This document shows positions 36,761 through 49,618 of a DNA stretch of 64,000 nucleotides, in pieces. The notes beneath the pieces are model-generated. The model searched no databases, was not told the DNA's origin, and worked only from the letters and a program-made list of their open reading frames with translations. The translations under genes were made by a program, and so were the position numbers. Position 1 is the stretch's first letter; every line of letters begins with the position of its first letter. The stretch comes from Basidiobolus meristosporus CBS 931.73 (taxonomy: Eukaryota; Fungi; Basidiobolomycota). The stretch covers positions 1 to 64,000 of the forward strand of contig MCFE01000277.1 of NCBI GenBank assembly GCA_002104905.1, given 5' to 3'.

Positions 36761-37535
36761 TACATTGTTCACACTCCAGATATATTCCAGTAACTCCCTG
36801 TCTAAGGAAGCTAATGCAGTCCAACAAATATTACAAAGCTATACAGTACAACACTCAGTATCAGTCAAATGCAAACATATCCAATATATTTGATGGCAAA
36901 CATTTCAAACAGCTAAGAAGCAAGGGCTACTTTGAAGGTATGTTTGACCATGCCTTTGCCTTAGCACTTGATGGATTCTCATTAAAAGTACTCTACCAGC
37001 AAATCCTGCTGGCCACTGATTCTCATCAATCTGAATTTACCACCCATCTTATCATATCAGAGCAACATTCTGACAGTAGTCTTGCTGGTATCTGGGTCTA
37101 TATCACTGTCCAACCTGGATTGTTACCTGTATCAATTGCTGGATGAATCTTGTATGCTTTCCAGCAGGATAAGAGTAAATGGCTGTCATGTAAAAGCGCA
37201 TATTATCATCTGCATTGGAGATACCCCAGCCATCAGCAAGATAGCAGGCTTTTCCAGGTGCAATGGATTGTATTACAGTCAAATGTGTACAATCCAGGGG
37301 ATTTTCTCCATGACTCACACACATTATTATCACCCCAAACACCAGCACTAAGAGCATTATCTTCCCACAGAGAGAACATACAGAAGTCAGCATGCAATTG
37401 CAGCAAAGTTAGCAAGCTATAAGCCATTGGCCAGAATATGGAATCAATTGCAACTGGAGATACTAAGATAGAGGGTAGCTGTTGGTGCAAAAGCTTTCCA
37501 CTGGAAGCCATTCATTTGCTTTTTAATGATATCCC

Positions 37536-38240
37536 TGTTATATCCAAGAGAAAGGTGTAATAAAACTCTTAAATGAGTTAACTGAACCTAAGTGATAACT
37601 AAGTGCAGAATCTTGGAATTGTCAAGGGTGACAGAGATATTAGCAGAGAAGTTCTGGTCCAATATTGATTTTGTATATAGTTGAGTTGGGCTATAAAGGC
37701 AACAGAGTTGGTTTGCTATAGAGGCTAGGCTTGGTGTTCTTGGGAATGCTAGATATGCTAGGCTTGGGTGGAAACTAGAATGGAATTGTTGAATTCCTGA
37801 TTTTGCTGAGGCACAATCTTAATTTTGTTGAGACACACACTAAACCAAAAGGTTTAGTAATCTTTATTTATATATTTCTGATCAAGTTGAATTAGTAAGC
37901 ACCAAGAGACTGGACTAATTGAATCTGTTTCTGTTTGGGTATTGATCGGTGCATAAGATAAATGAAAAATTGCATCATTAATTAGCTGATGTCTTGGCAA
38001 CTACTAAGTGGTTGGATAGATTTCAGATGACTAACCCTTTGGAGAAGGCTAAGCAGATCTGTTGAGGATGTACTAATTACTTGAATATTAATCAGGTGTG
38101 ATGGCTAAAAATAGATTCTGAGAAGTGATAAAATAAATCATAACAGGGATTAGTTATGTTTGGGTTAGGGAAAATCAGTTAGGGTACTAGATTTCCTAAT
38201 AGAGTGAAATTGGCTAAGTTTTAAATGTTGATGCACAACA
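37536..38240. mobile_element. Solo LTR, family E (705 bp)
   Basis: TGTTATA...CACAACA with 5-bp TSD ATCCC. The CMC transposase is continuous across it. Second copy at 43559-44232. Confidence 0.9.
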
Positions 38241-39647
38241 ATCCCCATACTGATGACAAAGTTATACATGGGGCATTTCAAGCTAAATGTGCCCTTTGAG
38301 ATACCAGAGAAACTTGAAAGAATTGGCAAGATATTACTGAGTATCTGCTGCCCAAAGTACTTCTTATGGGCTACAATCAATATTCATATGCATATGCAAC
38401 AATACAAATGCAAAGACTGGATGAACTGGATATGTATTTATTCAAGTGGCGTTTTGAGCCATTCCCACCAAGAGTACATTGGAAGCATTGGAAGTCATAT
38501 GTGGACATTGTAGCAATATTTATCCAGAAGTAGATCACCAAAGCCAACTTGACACATCTACAGCTGTTGTGCAAGGAGTTTGTGACAGGATTTGAACTGC
38601 TATACAACAAACATAAAGCTGGATGTGTAGATCTCTGCCACTACTGTATCCATTCTCAACTCCACCTTGCACAGAGTGTGGAAAATATTGGGCCTTGCTT
38701 CACCTTTTGGGAGCTTCCTATGGAGCATATGTGTGGGGAGATAGGAAGTCAAGTCAAGTTGCAGGTACTACCATATCCCAATCTCATCAAGAATACTACC
38801 TTCAAGTCTGTCATGGATGTGATAAGTAGGCACATGGAGGACAGCCAGGAAGAGCTTGAAAATACTGAGGACAGATGTGCACATGGAGATACTTATGCCT
38901 ATGGCATTAAGAAGCTAAGCAGCTCCAATGCATGGGTAATCAGTTAAGTAATGCAAAGTTGGGTTGGGTGCAACAAGCAACTAATTCTTATTAGGAAAAC
39001 TCTACCAAGGTATGCCAGATTTCTCTTGGTCACAAGCCAACTTCTATACCATTCAATATGGAACTTGCACATACAAGAGCCAGAGCGCACTTATAAGGGG
39101 GACTAGATACCAGCAGGGAGAAGGAGTATATTGGCCAAATACAGAGAAGTTCTTTGCAGATATTCAGGATGTATTTATAGCTGAAGTGGCAACAACCAAG
39201 CATATGTTTGCAAGATGTGTATGTTACCAGCAGTACAAGGAATATGGCAACTTTGCAAGTATCATGCTAAAATGCTGTAAAGTAGAGGTGATAGAAGTAT
39301 GTCATTGGTAGCAGTTGTGCATGTTTGTAAAGTTTAGTAAACAGGAGGCCATAGTTTTTTTTGATTTGAACTATATATGGAATACCCAAGGTGGTAGTAG
39401 GCAAGCAAACAAGGAGGGGTGACTCTACAGTGGAATATATGAACTGCACAAGGGGAGGTAGAAAAAAGAAACACAATTTGGTAAATTGGTAGAGTAGCAT
39501 TATACAGAACTAGCTGTAGGCTGCCATACTGCCGTTATAATGCCATCACTAATTCCAAGATGCTGGTATTATGATGGTCTATAAATGGATTTCCAACAGC
39601 TGATCTGGATCAGGTCCACCTGTGGGACCAGATTATTTTTTACAGGG

Positions 39648-41236
39648 CTTTAGGTCTTGAATATTCTAAAATACCTTGTCAATTCTTTGAAATTTCTCTG
39701 ATATCTCAAAGGGCTCATTCAGCTTGAAATGCCCCATGTACGGCTTGGTCATTAGTATAGCTATTTTGCTGGAGAGCAAATGCATAACTCCCAGTGGAAA
39801 GCTTTTGTTTCAGCATATTATCTATATCTTTAGCATCTCTGGTATTTGAATAAGTTTGCATTATGGCTAATGGCATATAGCTTGCCAGCTTTGCTGCAAT
39901 TGTCTGCTGACTTCTATATGTTATCTCTGTGGGAAGATGATGTTCTTAGTATTAGTGCTTGGATAATAATCATGTGTGTGAGTTATGAAGTCAATCCACC
40001 AGATCTCACACATTTAATAGCAGTAGCATCTATTCTGCCCTCCAAAGCTGGCCATCCTATGGATGGCTGGGGTATCTCCAATGCAGATAATAATATGCCA
40101 TTTGACATGGTGGTTTGTTACTGGTATTCTGCTGGATAGCATACATACTTGATCCAGCAATGAACTCAGGTAGCTATCCAGGTTGGATGGTGATTTAGGC
40201 CCAGATATCAGTGAGACTACTATTAGATTTCTGCTCTGGTACTTCAAGATTGGCAGTAGATTCAGGTTGATGAGAATCAGCTGCCTGCAGGATTTGTCAG
40301 TTGAATACATGTACAATGGGAATCTATCAAGTGTTAAGGCAAAGGCATGGTCCTACATACCTTCAAAGTAGCCCTGGCTTCTTAGTTTTTTGTTATGTTT
40401 GCCATTAAATATATCAGAAATACTTGCACTTGATAGATACAGAGTGCAGTGCTTTGTAGCTTCACAATATTTGTTGGACTGCATAAGCTTCTTCAGACAG
40501 GGTATTACTGCAATATATTCATGGTCTGAACAATGTTTTCCTCCTATGGTGGCAGATTCCTTGCAAGTCAGATTTTTTGCCATAGTAGCATTTTCTGATG
40601 TAAATGCCATACAACTGTCCACACATGCTGGTATCAGGATGGTCTCTGGGTCATATGTGGCCAGCTGCATTGTAGTTCTCCACTAATACCAAGTACAAGG
40701 TAAGTAGCATCCTGGATTGATTTTGGCAGGAAATAGCAGTAAATCCTCAAAGCCCCCATTACTCATATTTGTGGATGAATGCCATTGCTCCAGCCACATC
40801 ATTGTATTATTCACCAGTAAATGGATTACTGGGCTCACCTGGCTCTACAAAGTATACTGGGCAGTTTCTTTCCACAGGTGCTGTCTTGATGCTTATTGGA
40901 ATTCTTCTGGGCTCATGCAGGGTACTGTTATGAGGAGAGATTGGCTTGTAATCCACCAGTGAGCCTTCTTTTTCAGGACTATCACTCTGTGGGCCATACT
41001 CAGAAGGTTGAGGTGATCCTAAAGCAGTTGCAAGCTCACTTGAATCAGTTTGCACAAGGTGACAAGTACAACTAGGCGCTGTTATGAAAGTATCAGGTGG
41101 CCAACAAGATATTATTGGTACAGTAGTGACTGATGAATGCTCAAATATGACTTGGCTGGCAAAATACTGGCTGTGATACTTGTAATACTCCACATGCCAT
41201 CTGTGTGCTTCATGGCTATGAGGCTGGTTACAATAT
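39648..41236 (-). mobile_element. CMC transposase relic (N-terminal and middle parts)
   Basis: Reverse-complement homolog of 33900-34494, 36762-37535 and 38241-38330. ISDIFNGKH.KKLRSQGYFEGM, IGDTPAI. Confidence 0.8.
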
Positions 41237-43558
41237 CCCTATGAAAATAATTTGGTTATGTAGGTGGATCCAATCCAGATCAGCTGTCAGGATCCAGGAG
41301 TGGGTCCATCATGATGCTGGTAGCTTGGAATCATTGACCCTCTAAACAATCTTATGATGGGATTGAGATGGTACTTTGCTGATTTTACTGCTAAATAAAG
41401 TACAAAACTTGATGGTGTTTAAGCAGTATTTTGGCAAGAATTGCATGGCATTCTGACAGTCTTAATGCGCTCTACAATTATCTATGAGGACCTAACCAGT
41501 CAGTACATCCAATTTCCTTATATGGCAAGAAACTTGACAGTGCTCTAATGGTCTCATTGCAAAATGTGGCTGGCATTATAATGCTACTGTACCAATTTAC
41601 CAAACAGTATTTTCTTTTTCTACCTCCCCTTCCACCACTCAAATATTTAACTGTAGAATAAACCTCTTTATTTGCTTACCCACCAACACCTGAGGTATTT
41701 GATATATAGCTCAAATGAAAGAAACTATGGCCTCCTGCTTACTAACCTCTACATATGCACACACCTGCGGCAATAGATACACTTCTACTACCACAACTTT
41801 ACGGCTTTTAAGTGTAATACTTACAATGTTGCCATATACCTTGCAGTACTAGTAATATATACCTCTTGCAAACATATGCTTGGTTGCCGCCACTTTAGCC
41901 ATCAATACCTCCTGAATATCTGCAATGAACTTCTTTGTACTTAATCAATAAATACCTTCTTCCTGCTAGATTCTAGTCTTGATAATAGGGGCACTCTGAC
42001 TCTTGTTTGTGTGAACTCCATATTGAATGGTGTAGAGACTGGCTTGTGACCAAGAGAAACTTGGCATACTTTGGTAAAGCTGTCCTAACAAAAGTTAGTT
42101 GCTTGTTGTGCCCAACCCAACTTTGCATTACTTAGCAGATTACTCACATGTTGGGGCTGCTTAGCTTCTTAATGCCAAAGAAATAGATGTCATCATGTGC
42201 TCATCTGTCCTCAGTACTCTCCATCTCTTGCTGGTAGTCCTCCATGTGCCAACTCATCACATTCCTGATGGACCTGAAGGTAATATTCTTGATGAGACTG
42301 TAAATAGTAGTGCCAGCAACTTGAGTAGTCTTCCTATCTTCCCACACATCCACTCCATAGGAAACTCCCAAAAGGTGAAGGGAGGCCCAATATTTTCCAT
42401 ACATCAAGCAAGATGGAGTAGATAATGGATACAGTAGTGGCAGAGATTTGCATGTTCAGCTTTAGGCTGTTAGTTTAGCAGCTCAAATCACATCACAAAC
42501 TCTCTGCATAAAAGCTGTAGATGTGTCAAGTTGGTGTTGGTGATCTGCTTCTGAATATATTCCCACAATGTCAGTATATGACTCCCAATGCTTCCAATTT
42601 ACTCTTGGTTAATTCTCTGAGTGTTTGAGAGTCTTAGAAATAATGGATGTGATTATATGGTTTCAACTTAATGATTTATTGAATGTAAAAGTAATACTTA
42701 TACTTTTGTATGATCTTGGCATAACAGGCATGTATAGTAGGCTTAGGAAGGTCTCAAGAACCTGTGTGCAAGGTTTGGGGCAGCTTGGACAATTTTGAGA
42801 ACTTTCATGTTCTGATACCTGATATTTTGGTAAAAATATTAAAAGTAAATCTCAACAAGGAATTTGATCAGTATTCCCTAGGATTTGAAGATAATGATCA
42901 AAGTGACTAAGTTAGGTGAATATTTTGGTGGAATTACAAATTCCTACAACATTCAGAAGGCCACTAGAGTATATATATCTGGTTCATTGAGTCCTTGCAT
43001 TTGAATTGTTGCATATGTGTATGAATATTAATTGGAGCCTGTGAGAAGTACTTGGGATAGCAGATACACTGTAATATCTTGAGAATTCTTTCAAATTTCT
43101 CTGGTATCTCTAAGGGCTCATTCAGCTTGAAATGCCCCATGTACAACTTGGTTGTTAGTATAGGGATATTGCTGCAAAGCAAATGCACTACTCCCAGTAG
43201 AATGCTTTTGCTTTAACAGATACCCTCAATCTTAAGTATCTCTGGTTTCCAATTAATTCTGTATCTAGACAATGGCTTATAGATTGTTAACTTTGCTCCA
43301 ATTGCATGCTTACTTCAGTTCATTCTCTCTGTGGGAAGATAATGTTTTTAGTGTTGATGTTTGGATAGTAATAATGTGTATGAGTTATGGAGTAAATCCC
43401 CTGTATCTTGCACATTTGACAGCAATATCCTCCATTGTACCCAGAAAAGCTGGCTATCAACTGATGGCTGAGGTATCTCCAATGCAGATAAAAAAATGTG
43501 CATTGATAGGGCAGCCATTTAGTAGTATTCCACTTGAACACATACAAAATTCATCTAG
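41237..43558 (-). mobile_element. CMC element fragment (right terminus plus transposase C-terminal and middle parts)
   Basis: Terminus CCCTATGAAAATAATTTGG at 41237, colinear (rc) with 37000-39647. Cut by LTR E at 43559. Confidence 0.8.
42622..42951 (-). mobile_element. Solo LTR, family F
   Basis: Reverse-complement homolog of 35592-35940, ending TACAACA on +. Degenerate TSD CTGAG/TTCAG. Confidence 0.75.
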
Positions 43559-44232
43559 TGTTGTGCATCAACATTTAAAACTTAGCCAATTTACTCCATT
43601 AGAAATTCTAGTACCTTATCAGATTTTCCCTAATCCAAACATAACTAATCCCAGTTATGGTTTATTTTATTACTTCACAGAATCTATTTTTAGCTGTCAC
43701 ACCTGATCAATTTTCATATGGTCATTACATCTTCAACTGATCTGCTAAGCCTTTCCAAATGATTGGTCATCCAAGATATATCCAACCACTTAGCAGTTGC
43801 CAAAACATTAGCTGATTGATGATGCAATTTTCATTTATCTTATGCACCTATCAACACCCAAACTGATCTCAATTAGTCCAGTCTCTTGTGCTTACTAATA
43901 TGACTTGTTCAGAAAAGTGTAAATAAAGTTTACCAAACCTTATTGCCTAGTTTGTGTCTCAGCAAAATTAAGAATTCAGCAATTCTGTTCCAGTTTCTAC
44001 CCATGCCTAGCATATCTAGCATTCCAAGAACACCAAGCCTAGCCTGCATAGCAAACCAACTCTGTTGCCTTTATAGCCAAACCCTGCTATATACAAGACC
44101 AATATTAGACCAGAATTGGTGTGCCAATATTTCTGTCACTCTCTGACAATAATAAGATTCTGCACTTAGTTGTCCTTTCCATTCAGTTAAACCATTCAAG
44201 AGTTTTATTACACTTTTCTCTTGAATATAACA
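43559..44232. mobile_element. Solo LTR, family E (inverted copy, non-matching flanks)
   Basis: Reverse complement of 37536-38240. Flanks TCTAG and AGGAT belong to different elements. Confidence 0.88.
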
Positions 44233-44705
44233 AGGATGCTCCTCTGTTATGACAACAACCCCCAGGCCATCTTCCTGTGATATTATCTTCATCTTCACCT
44301 GATAGATTTAGTAGTTTGACCCATTCAGCTTTTCAGCTGAGAGAAAAATTCCATCATTAGCAGTACTAGCTTCTGAGTCTTAGAGATATTGGAAGTGATT
44401 GGAAGAACAAGTAGATTATATGGTTTTCACTTAATGATTTATTGAATGTGGAAGTAGTATTTACACTTTTACACAATCTTGGCAAGACAAGTACAAGGAA
44501 TATGCTTAGAAAGATCCCAAAAACAGGTGCGCAAAGTCTGGGGCTGCTTGGACAACCTTGAGATTTTTCATATCCTGAGTACCTGATATTTTGGTGAAAT
44601 ATTCTCAGTAAATACCAACAAGGGATTTGGCTTGAGCTCTCCGGCACTTGTTGACTATGGTCAAAGTGTCCAAGTTAAATGAATATCCAGGTGTAATTAC
44701 AAAAC
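44233..44705 (-). mobile_element. Ty1/copia 5' relic: family F LTR plus gag N-terminus
   Basis: LTR F homology at 44375-44705, followed on - by AEKLNGSNY*IYQVKMKII, resembling the copia gag KLNGxNYxxWxxKM motif. Confidence 0.6.
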
Positions 44706-44766
44706 TTAGAATTCAGCTGATATTATACTGGTATTCAGTATGACTTTAGTGAAGTTTTTTTTAGGG
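44706..44766. repeat. CCC/GGG-type transposon terminus
   Basis: GAATTCAGCTGATATT...TTTTTTAGGG resembles 1674-1734. Confidence 0.45.
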
Positions 44767-45785
44767 CTAAGAATTTGGATGCTAATCTTCGCACAACACT
44801 TAGCCTTTTAATTCAAGTTGTTGGGAAGCATGAAGTAACAATGATGCCAACATATCCTGTTGGAGAGGTTGGAGGCCAATTGGTAAGATATCAAAGTGAG
44901 TAACATGCAAGATACAATGCTTTTAGAGGACAGGATTATACCCCATTGTTCATGATTGCTTTGAAGTGTATCTAACATGGGAAATCACCACCAGACTTGA
45001 CAAGTCCCCGGGTCCGCCAACGATGGCCACATATCCATCCACAACATCCTTAGTAAACCAAACTCCGCACAGGGAACTGATTTTGCTACGATCTGACAGC
45101 CGGCGGTAAACCTCCTCAACCCCACATTTAAGGAGAGGAAACTAAGGCCCCTAATTTTCGCACGTAAGATGATAAGATGATTGATGAAAATAGATCACCC
45201 AGGCCCTCCACCTATTTAGTTACGATCACTAGTTAAAAGCTTAAGATTATAGCGAGCAAAGCAAGTAATATACCTCGGAATGGTTACTAATCGGAGTTCA
45301 GCAACACCGATCCCCACTGAACACATAACTGCCGGCAAATCTGATTCCATGGAGTCAGCTTATTGCTGGGTACGGTTACACCAATTTCGAGCCCACTCTT
45401 TCTAGGCCCCCGATGGAACGGAATCATCCCTCGGATTGGGCAAACGGTCTGTGGGACTTGCCGTGGGATCGGGAATCCCCCAGTTTGAACCTATGTATCC
45501 CAGTTAACTTCGCGTGGCGATCCGGCTAGAACTGCATTGTACAAGTAGAACCCTTAATTAACACTGATGGAAGTTTATTGGTAGGTGCACTGTAACTTGG
45601 ATCAGGACATTTCAAGCAACAGAATATGGTCACGACCTAGGCAAATATTATCAAAATATCGGGGGAGGGGGGGGGGTTCATAGAGCGGCGGGATTACTAT
45701 TATTTCATTAACTTCGGATATTGGGGGCTAGTACGCAAGGATGCTTCTACAAGTTGGAATGGTAAAGATCTCTGGAATATACCAT

Positions 45786-46289
45786 TTACAAGTTCATGGC
45801 GGCAACAGCAAGACCAGCGACGGCAACAAGGCTTCCGGCGGCTAAGGATTGAGCGCTGTTGCCCTTGGTGGTAGGCTGAGCGCCTGCAGTGGTTCCTTGG
45901 GTACCAGAAGCTCCTGGAGCACCGCTAGCAACTGGGGACTGGCTGGCGGCGGGGTTAGAGGGAGAGACAGCGGGAGCAGTAGGAGCAGGGGTAACAGATG
46001 GTTGAGGGTTGGCACTAGGAACCTGGACACAATAGGTGGTCACAAGACCTTGGGCACCGACAGCTTCGCCTTGAATAGCGGAGTCATCAGGGCATTGCTG
46101 GTAACATTGAACAACTGCCTTCTGCTTCTCGCATCTGCAGACGAAATCTTGTTGGCCACACTTGTCCAAAGCAGCGGTGGCATCCTTTTTACAAGTATCG
46201 AAGACCGCCTGTGCTTGGCAAGCGGCGCTGACGCTTTGAGCAGCAACCAAGCAAGTGGCAAGGGCAACAAGGGCGGAAGTGAATTTCAT
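45786..46289 (-). CDS. Secreted, probably GPI-anchored 8-Cys protein with Pro/Ser/Thr/Ala-rich stalk (167 aa)
   Basis: Signal peptide MKFTSALVALATCLVAAQSVSA. 8 Cys including CxC and CYxxCPxD. Low-complexity stalk, omega-like GNSA, hydrophobic C-terminus. Single exon. Confidence 0.88.
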   Translation of the reverse strand: MKFTSALVALATCLVAAQSVSAACQAQAVFDTCKKDATAALDKCGQQDFVCRCEKQKAVVQCYQQCPDDSAIQGEAVGAQGLVTTYCVQVPSANPQPSVTPAPTAPAVSPSNPAASQSPVASGAPGASGTQGTTAGAQPTTKGNSAQSLAAGSLVAVAGLAVAAMNL

Positions 46290-48158
46290 TATGGCGACTA
46301 CGAGTAAAGAAGGTGTGGTGTGGTGTGGGTGTCCACTCCAAACGAATTTATACTTCACCAACCGAGAGGCTGATTGGATGGCTTGAAATTGGTCCCACCC
46401 TAGACGAGTATCCACATATCCCAATGTTACCCAAGGAAATCCGAGTGACCGTATTGCATCAGGAATAGATAAATTGTTGATTATTTAGCCATTTCCTTCC
46501 AATGCGCCATGATGCGCAGTTCGAAAATTTCCATCACAATCCATCGCTCCACTCTATTAATAGGTTGCCCGCGGTGAATTCCGTCGAGATGCATGGATCG
46601 ATTAGGGTTAAACGGGTTTAGCTTCTCCTCTGGTTTCACTTCAATTCTATTCTCACTCGCTTACACTTCTAAGTAGAATGGAGACATTGTGGGCGGGCCA
46701 TAATGCTTGTTGGCTCGTTGATTTGTCTACATGCCGGAGCCGTGGTTTTGTACGCAGGACGGAAGGATACATCCGTCACGAGCGCAGCACACTTGTCTGA
46801 TTTGACAGTGCATGAGCCGACCTCACCATGCAGAGAATCGACTTCCCCAGCTGAATTTAGCTGGCTGGTTGTGTTATATGCAACCCCGTGGAGAAGTGTG
46901 CCTCTGTCTATTAGGGTGCAGTCACTGAATCTGATCCTATCCTTTATTGTAACGCTCAGCCGAAACGGCCTCTGATAGTCACACACCCCGCAACAAGTGT
47001 AGCCACCAAGTGCCAGCACAAGACCTTGGTGGTGGCGTTGGAACAAGCCTTTAAATAACGAACTCTCGGATGACTCATACACGATATACCGGCTCGTCCG
47101 ATCTTTTTTCACACCTCTCTAAACTGCCACCATGGTCGTGTCACAGGGTTTTCTCTTTTTTAACCATCCGTCTCAGAAATTCTCCCGAGTTGAGTGAATT
47201 CACCCGTTCGTCAGGTCATCTGGCTGAGTCCCATCAAACCTCCCTGATATTCCCCAGCGAGAGCGTGAGGAAGTGGCCAAGAAGGATTACTCTCCTTGCG
47301 CAGCACACTTGAGGAATGCAGCCAACCGACCTCCCCCCAATTCCAACACTGAAATCATGGAGCGTAGGCGGGCCCTGTTCCAGCATATTGCAAGGAGCCC
47401 ATTTTGGCGGTGATCGGTCCAGCGTCCAGCTGACCCTCAGGGCTGTTTAACCCAGAAGATACTCTCAATTCCGCAAGGGGTGTTTAGCATGGGTTAGGGT
47501 AAATTGAAGAGAATTTTTCCAGCGGATGGATTCTAGTGCGGGTGTCTGGCTCCGCAATGCCTAATCATCTTGTGTGCGCTATGCAGAGCTCTTCGTCAGT
47601 TTTTGGAATTCGGATTTCGCTGGCATCAGGCACCATGGTGTACTTCTCTAGCGAGCACATGGTAGTCCGGGTCATATGCCATGAGCATTCATATCGCCTC
47701 CTCGTAATACGTCACCCCATCCGTGTATTAGTCAGCGGATGCCATCAACAACTGGCCATACATGCTAAGGAATTCTCCTACTGGCAAAAGTGGCCGATTT
47801 CATGGTGGGATGAGTGGATAAATTTGCCAGGAATGTAAACAAGACGGCAAGCTCGAGGCATCTCTCGTGGTGTAACTGTTTAGCCTTCAAAATGGATTTA
47901 GAAATCGATCATCTAATATGATAGAGGGCTCGCCTTATAGAGTCGATTAGCTATATAAATATTGGAGCATCTGCTATGATGCTATTGAAATCTCACTTGG
48001 AATGCCAAATGATGTAGATTGATTGGATTAGGTAAAGGTATCTTACTTACCAATAATGATCAACATGGATTGCCCCAAAATCTCTCAAGGTGGATTAAAA
48101 AAGAAATATAAAATGCCAAGTGGTGGGACTAAGTGGTACTTACATTCTTATTGGAAAG

Positions 48159-49216
48159 ATGCGCTTCTACACCTCCATGTTTGCTGCTGCTCAGAGAGCC
48201 TCCATGACTCTCAAGGGTCCCGCTATGGCCCGCTCATACTCCGCATATGCTGGAGCATCGGCTGGAAGAAGCTCCATCTTGAAGTTTGCTTCCTTCGCTT
48301 TGCCTGCCGCTGCTGCCGGAGGTAAGTTCTGGATATCTGGCGATGGTCAGGATGCACGGTAACTAATCCACTTGTTTCCCCGTTAGCTGCCTACTACCAA
48401 TACGCTTCTCCAGTCCAAAACGACAGCTCAAGCACCGAGCCCAAGAAGTTTGCTTTGGACCCCAGCCAATTCATCGACTTCAAGCTTCTTGAGGTCGAAG
48501 AGATCAACCACAACACCAAGTTGTTCCGTTTCGAGCTCCCCGAAGGTGAAACTTTGGGTATGAGCGTGGCTTCCTGCGTCATCACCAAGGTCCCTAAGGC
48601 TGGCGGTAAGGGAGTTATCATTCGCCCATACACCCCTACCTCCGATGATGACACTGTCGGCCACTTCGATATGATCATCAAGAAGTACCCCAACGGACCC
48701 ATGTCTGAGCACATCCACAACATGAAGCCTGGAGACACTTTGGCCGTCAAGGGCCCCTTCCCCAAGTATACCTACAAGCCAAACACTCTCAGCCACATTG
48801 GTATGATTGCTGGTGGAACCGGTATCACTCCTATGCTCCAAGTGATCCGTAAGGTGTTCAAGAATCCTGAGGACAAGACCAAGATCACCTTGGTATTCGC
48901 CAATGTCAACGAAGATGACATTTTGTTGCGCGATGAACTCGACAAACTGGCCATGGAGCACCCTGAGCAATTCAAGCTCTACTACACCCTCGACAACGCA
49001 CCCAAGGGCTGGACTCAAGGTCAAGGTCGCGTCAACGCCGAAGTAGTCAAGGACTTCATGCCCAAGCCTGCTGAGGACACCATGGTCTTCGTTTGCGGCC
49101 CTGACCCAATGGTCGCCTCCCTCTCTGGCGCCAAGAACCCTGACAAGTCTCAAGGTGCTTTGGGTGGTATCTTGAAGGAGTTGGGTTACACAGAGAGCAA
49201 TGTTTACAAATTCTAA
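48159..49216 (+). CDS. MCR1: Mitochondrial NADH-cytochrome b5 reductase (330 aa)
   Basis: Exons 48159-48321 and 48387-49216. RPYTP, GPMS and GGTGITPM motifs, CGP, C-terminal YKF, and an N-terminal targeting-like sequence. Confidence 0.93.
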
Positions 49217-49618
49217 TCTTGATTAGATCATTTCACATTATGCATAACTTTTCCATATTTGTACTTCGTTCTCAATCAATAAACGGGACCATTAGACACT
49301 TTCATTCTTCCCCAAACCCCGCATTTTGGGGTACAGGCTCATTGGGCCGCGGGGTCGTCACATTAACCAACTAATTATCCAAACAGGTCGTTGATAAGCA
49401 ATGGTTGCATGAGCAATGATTACTGAAGTATCTGTGCCATCATGACGTCAAGAGATACCTCACTTACTTGGGCATTCGTACACGCATTATTTTATGCGCC
49501 GATTATACGCCACCTAATCATTGGATCCATGGTAGTTGTGGCTTCACTCCACCTGACATATTTCCAAGGAAGATACTAAAGAGACTACGTGAAGTCCAGT
49601 CGTCAATTCGGATTAAAT

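Larger units (their letters stand above)
33500..39647 (+). mobile_element. CMC (CACTA/EnSpm-like) element with transposase relic, captured cargo and two solo LTRs
   Basis: N-terminal CDYCSKPLSYEAC..H, then ISNIFDGKHFKQLRSKGYF...ALDGF (Transposase_21-like), GDTPAISKIAGF, and IHSQLHLAQSVENIGPCFTFWELPMEHMCG (DUF4218-like). Right end TTTTTTACAGGG at 39647. Confidence 0.82.

Noticed and set aside
45661-45677. Poly-G run
   Set aside because: A single homopolymer tract with no repeat structure or other support.
45849-46307. 152-aa plus-strand ORF over the GPI-protein gene
   Set aside because: Antisense shadow of the real CDS.
46290-46424. 45-aa N-terminal extension in the ORF track (MGYVDT...)
   Set aside because: The signal peptide begins at MKFT (46289), and the extension would bury it.
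46669-47112. 147-aa minus-strand ORF
   Set aside because: No recognisable domain or codon bias, in an intergenic position. Cannot be excluded without RNA data.
46600-47500. TTAGGG-like motifs at ~46603 and ~47494
   Set aside because: Isolated hexamers, not a telomeric array.
48428-49153. 241-aa and 123-aa minus-strand ORFs over MCR1
   Set aside because: Antisense shadows of a codon-biased gene, with no motif of their own.
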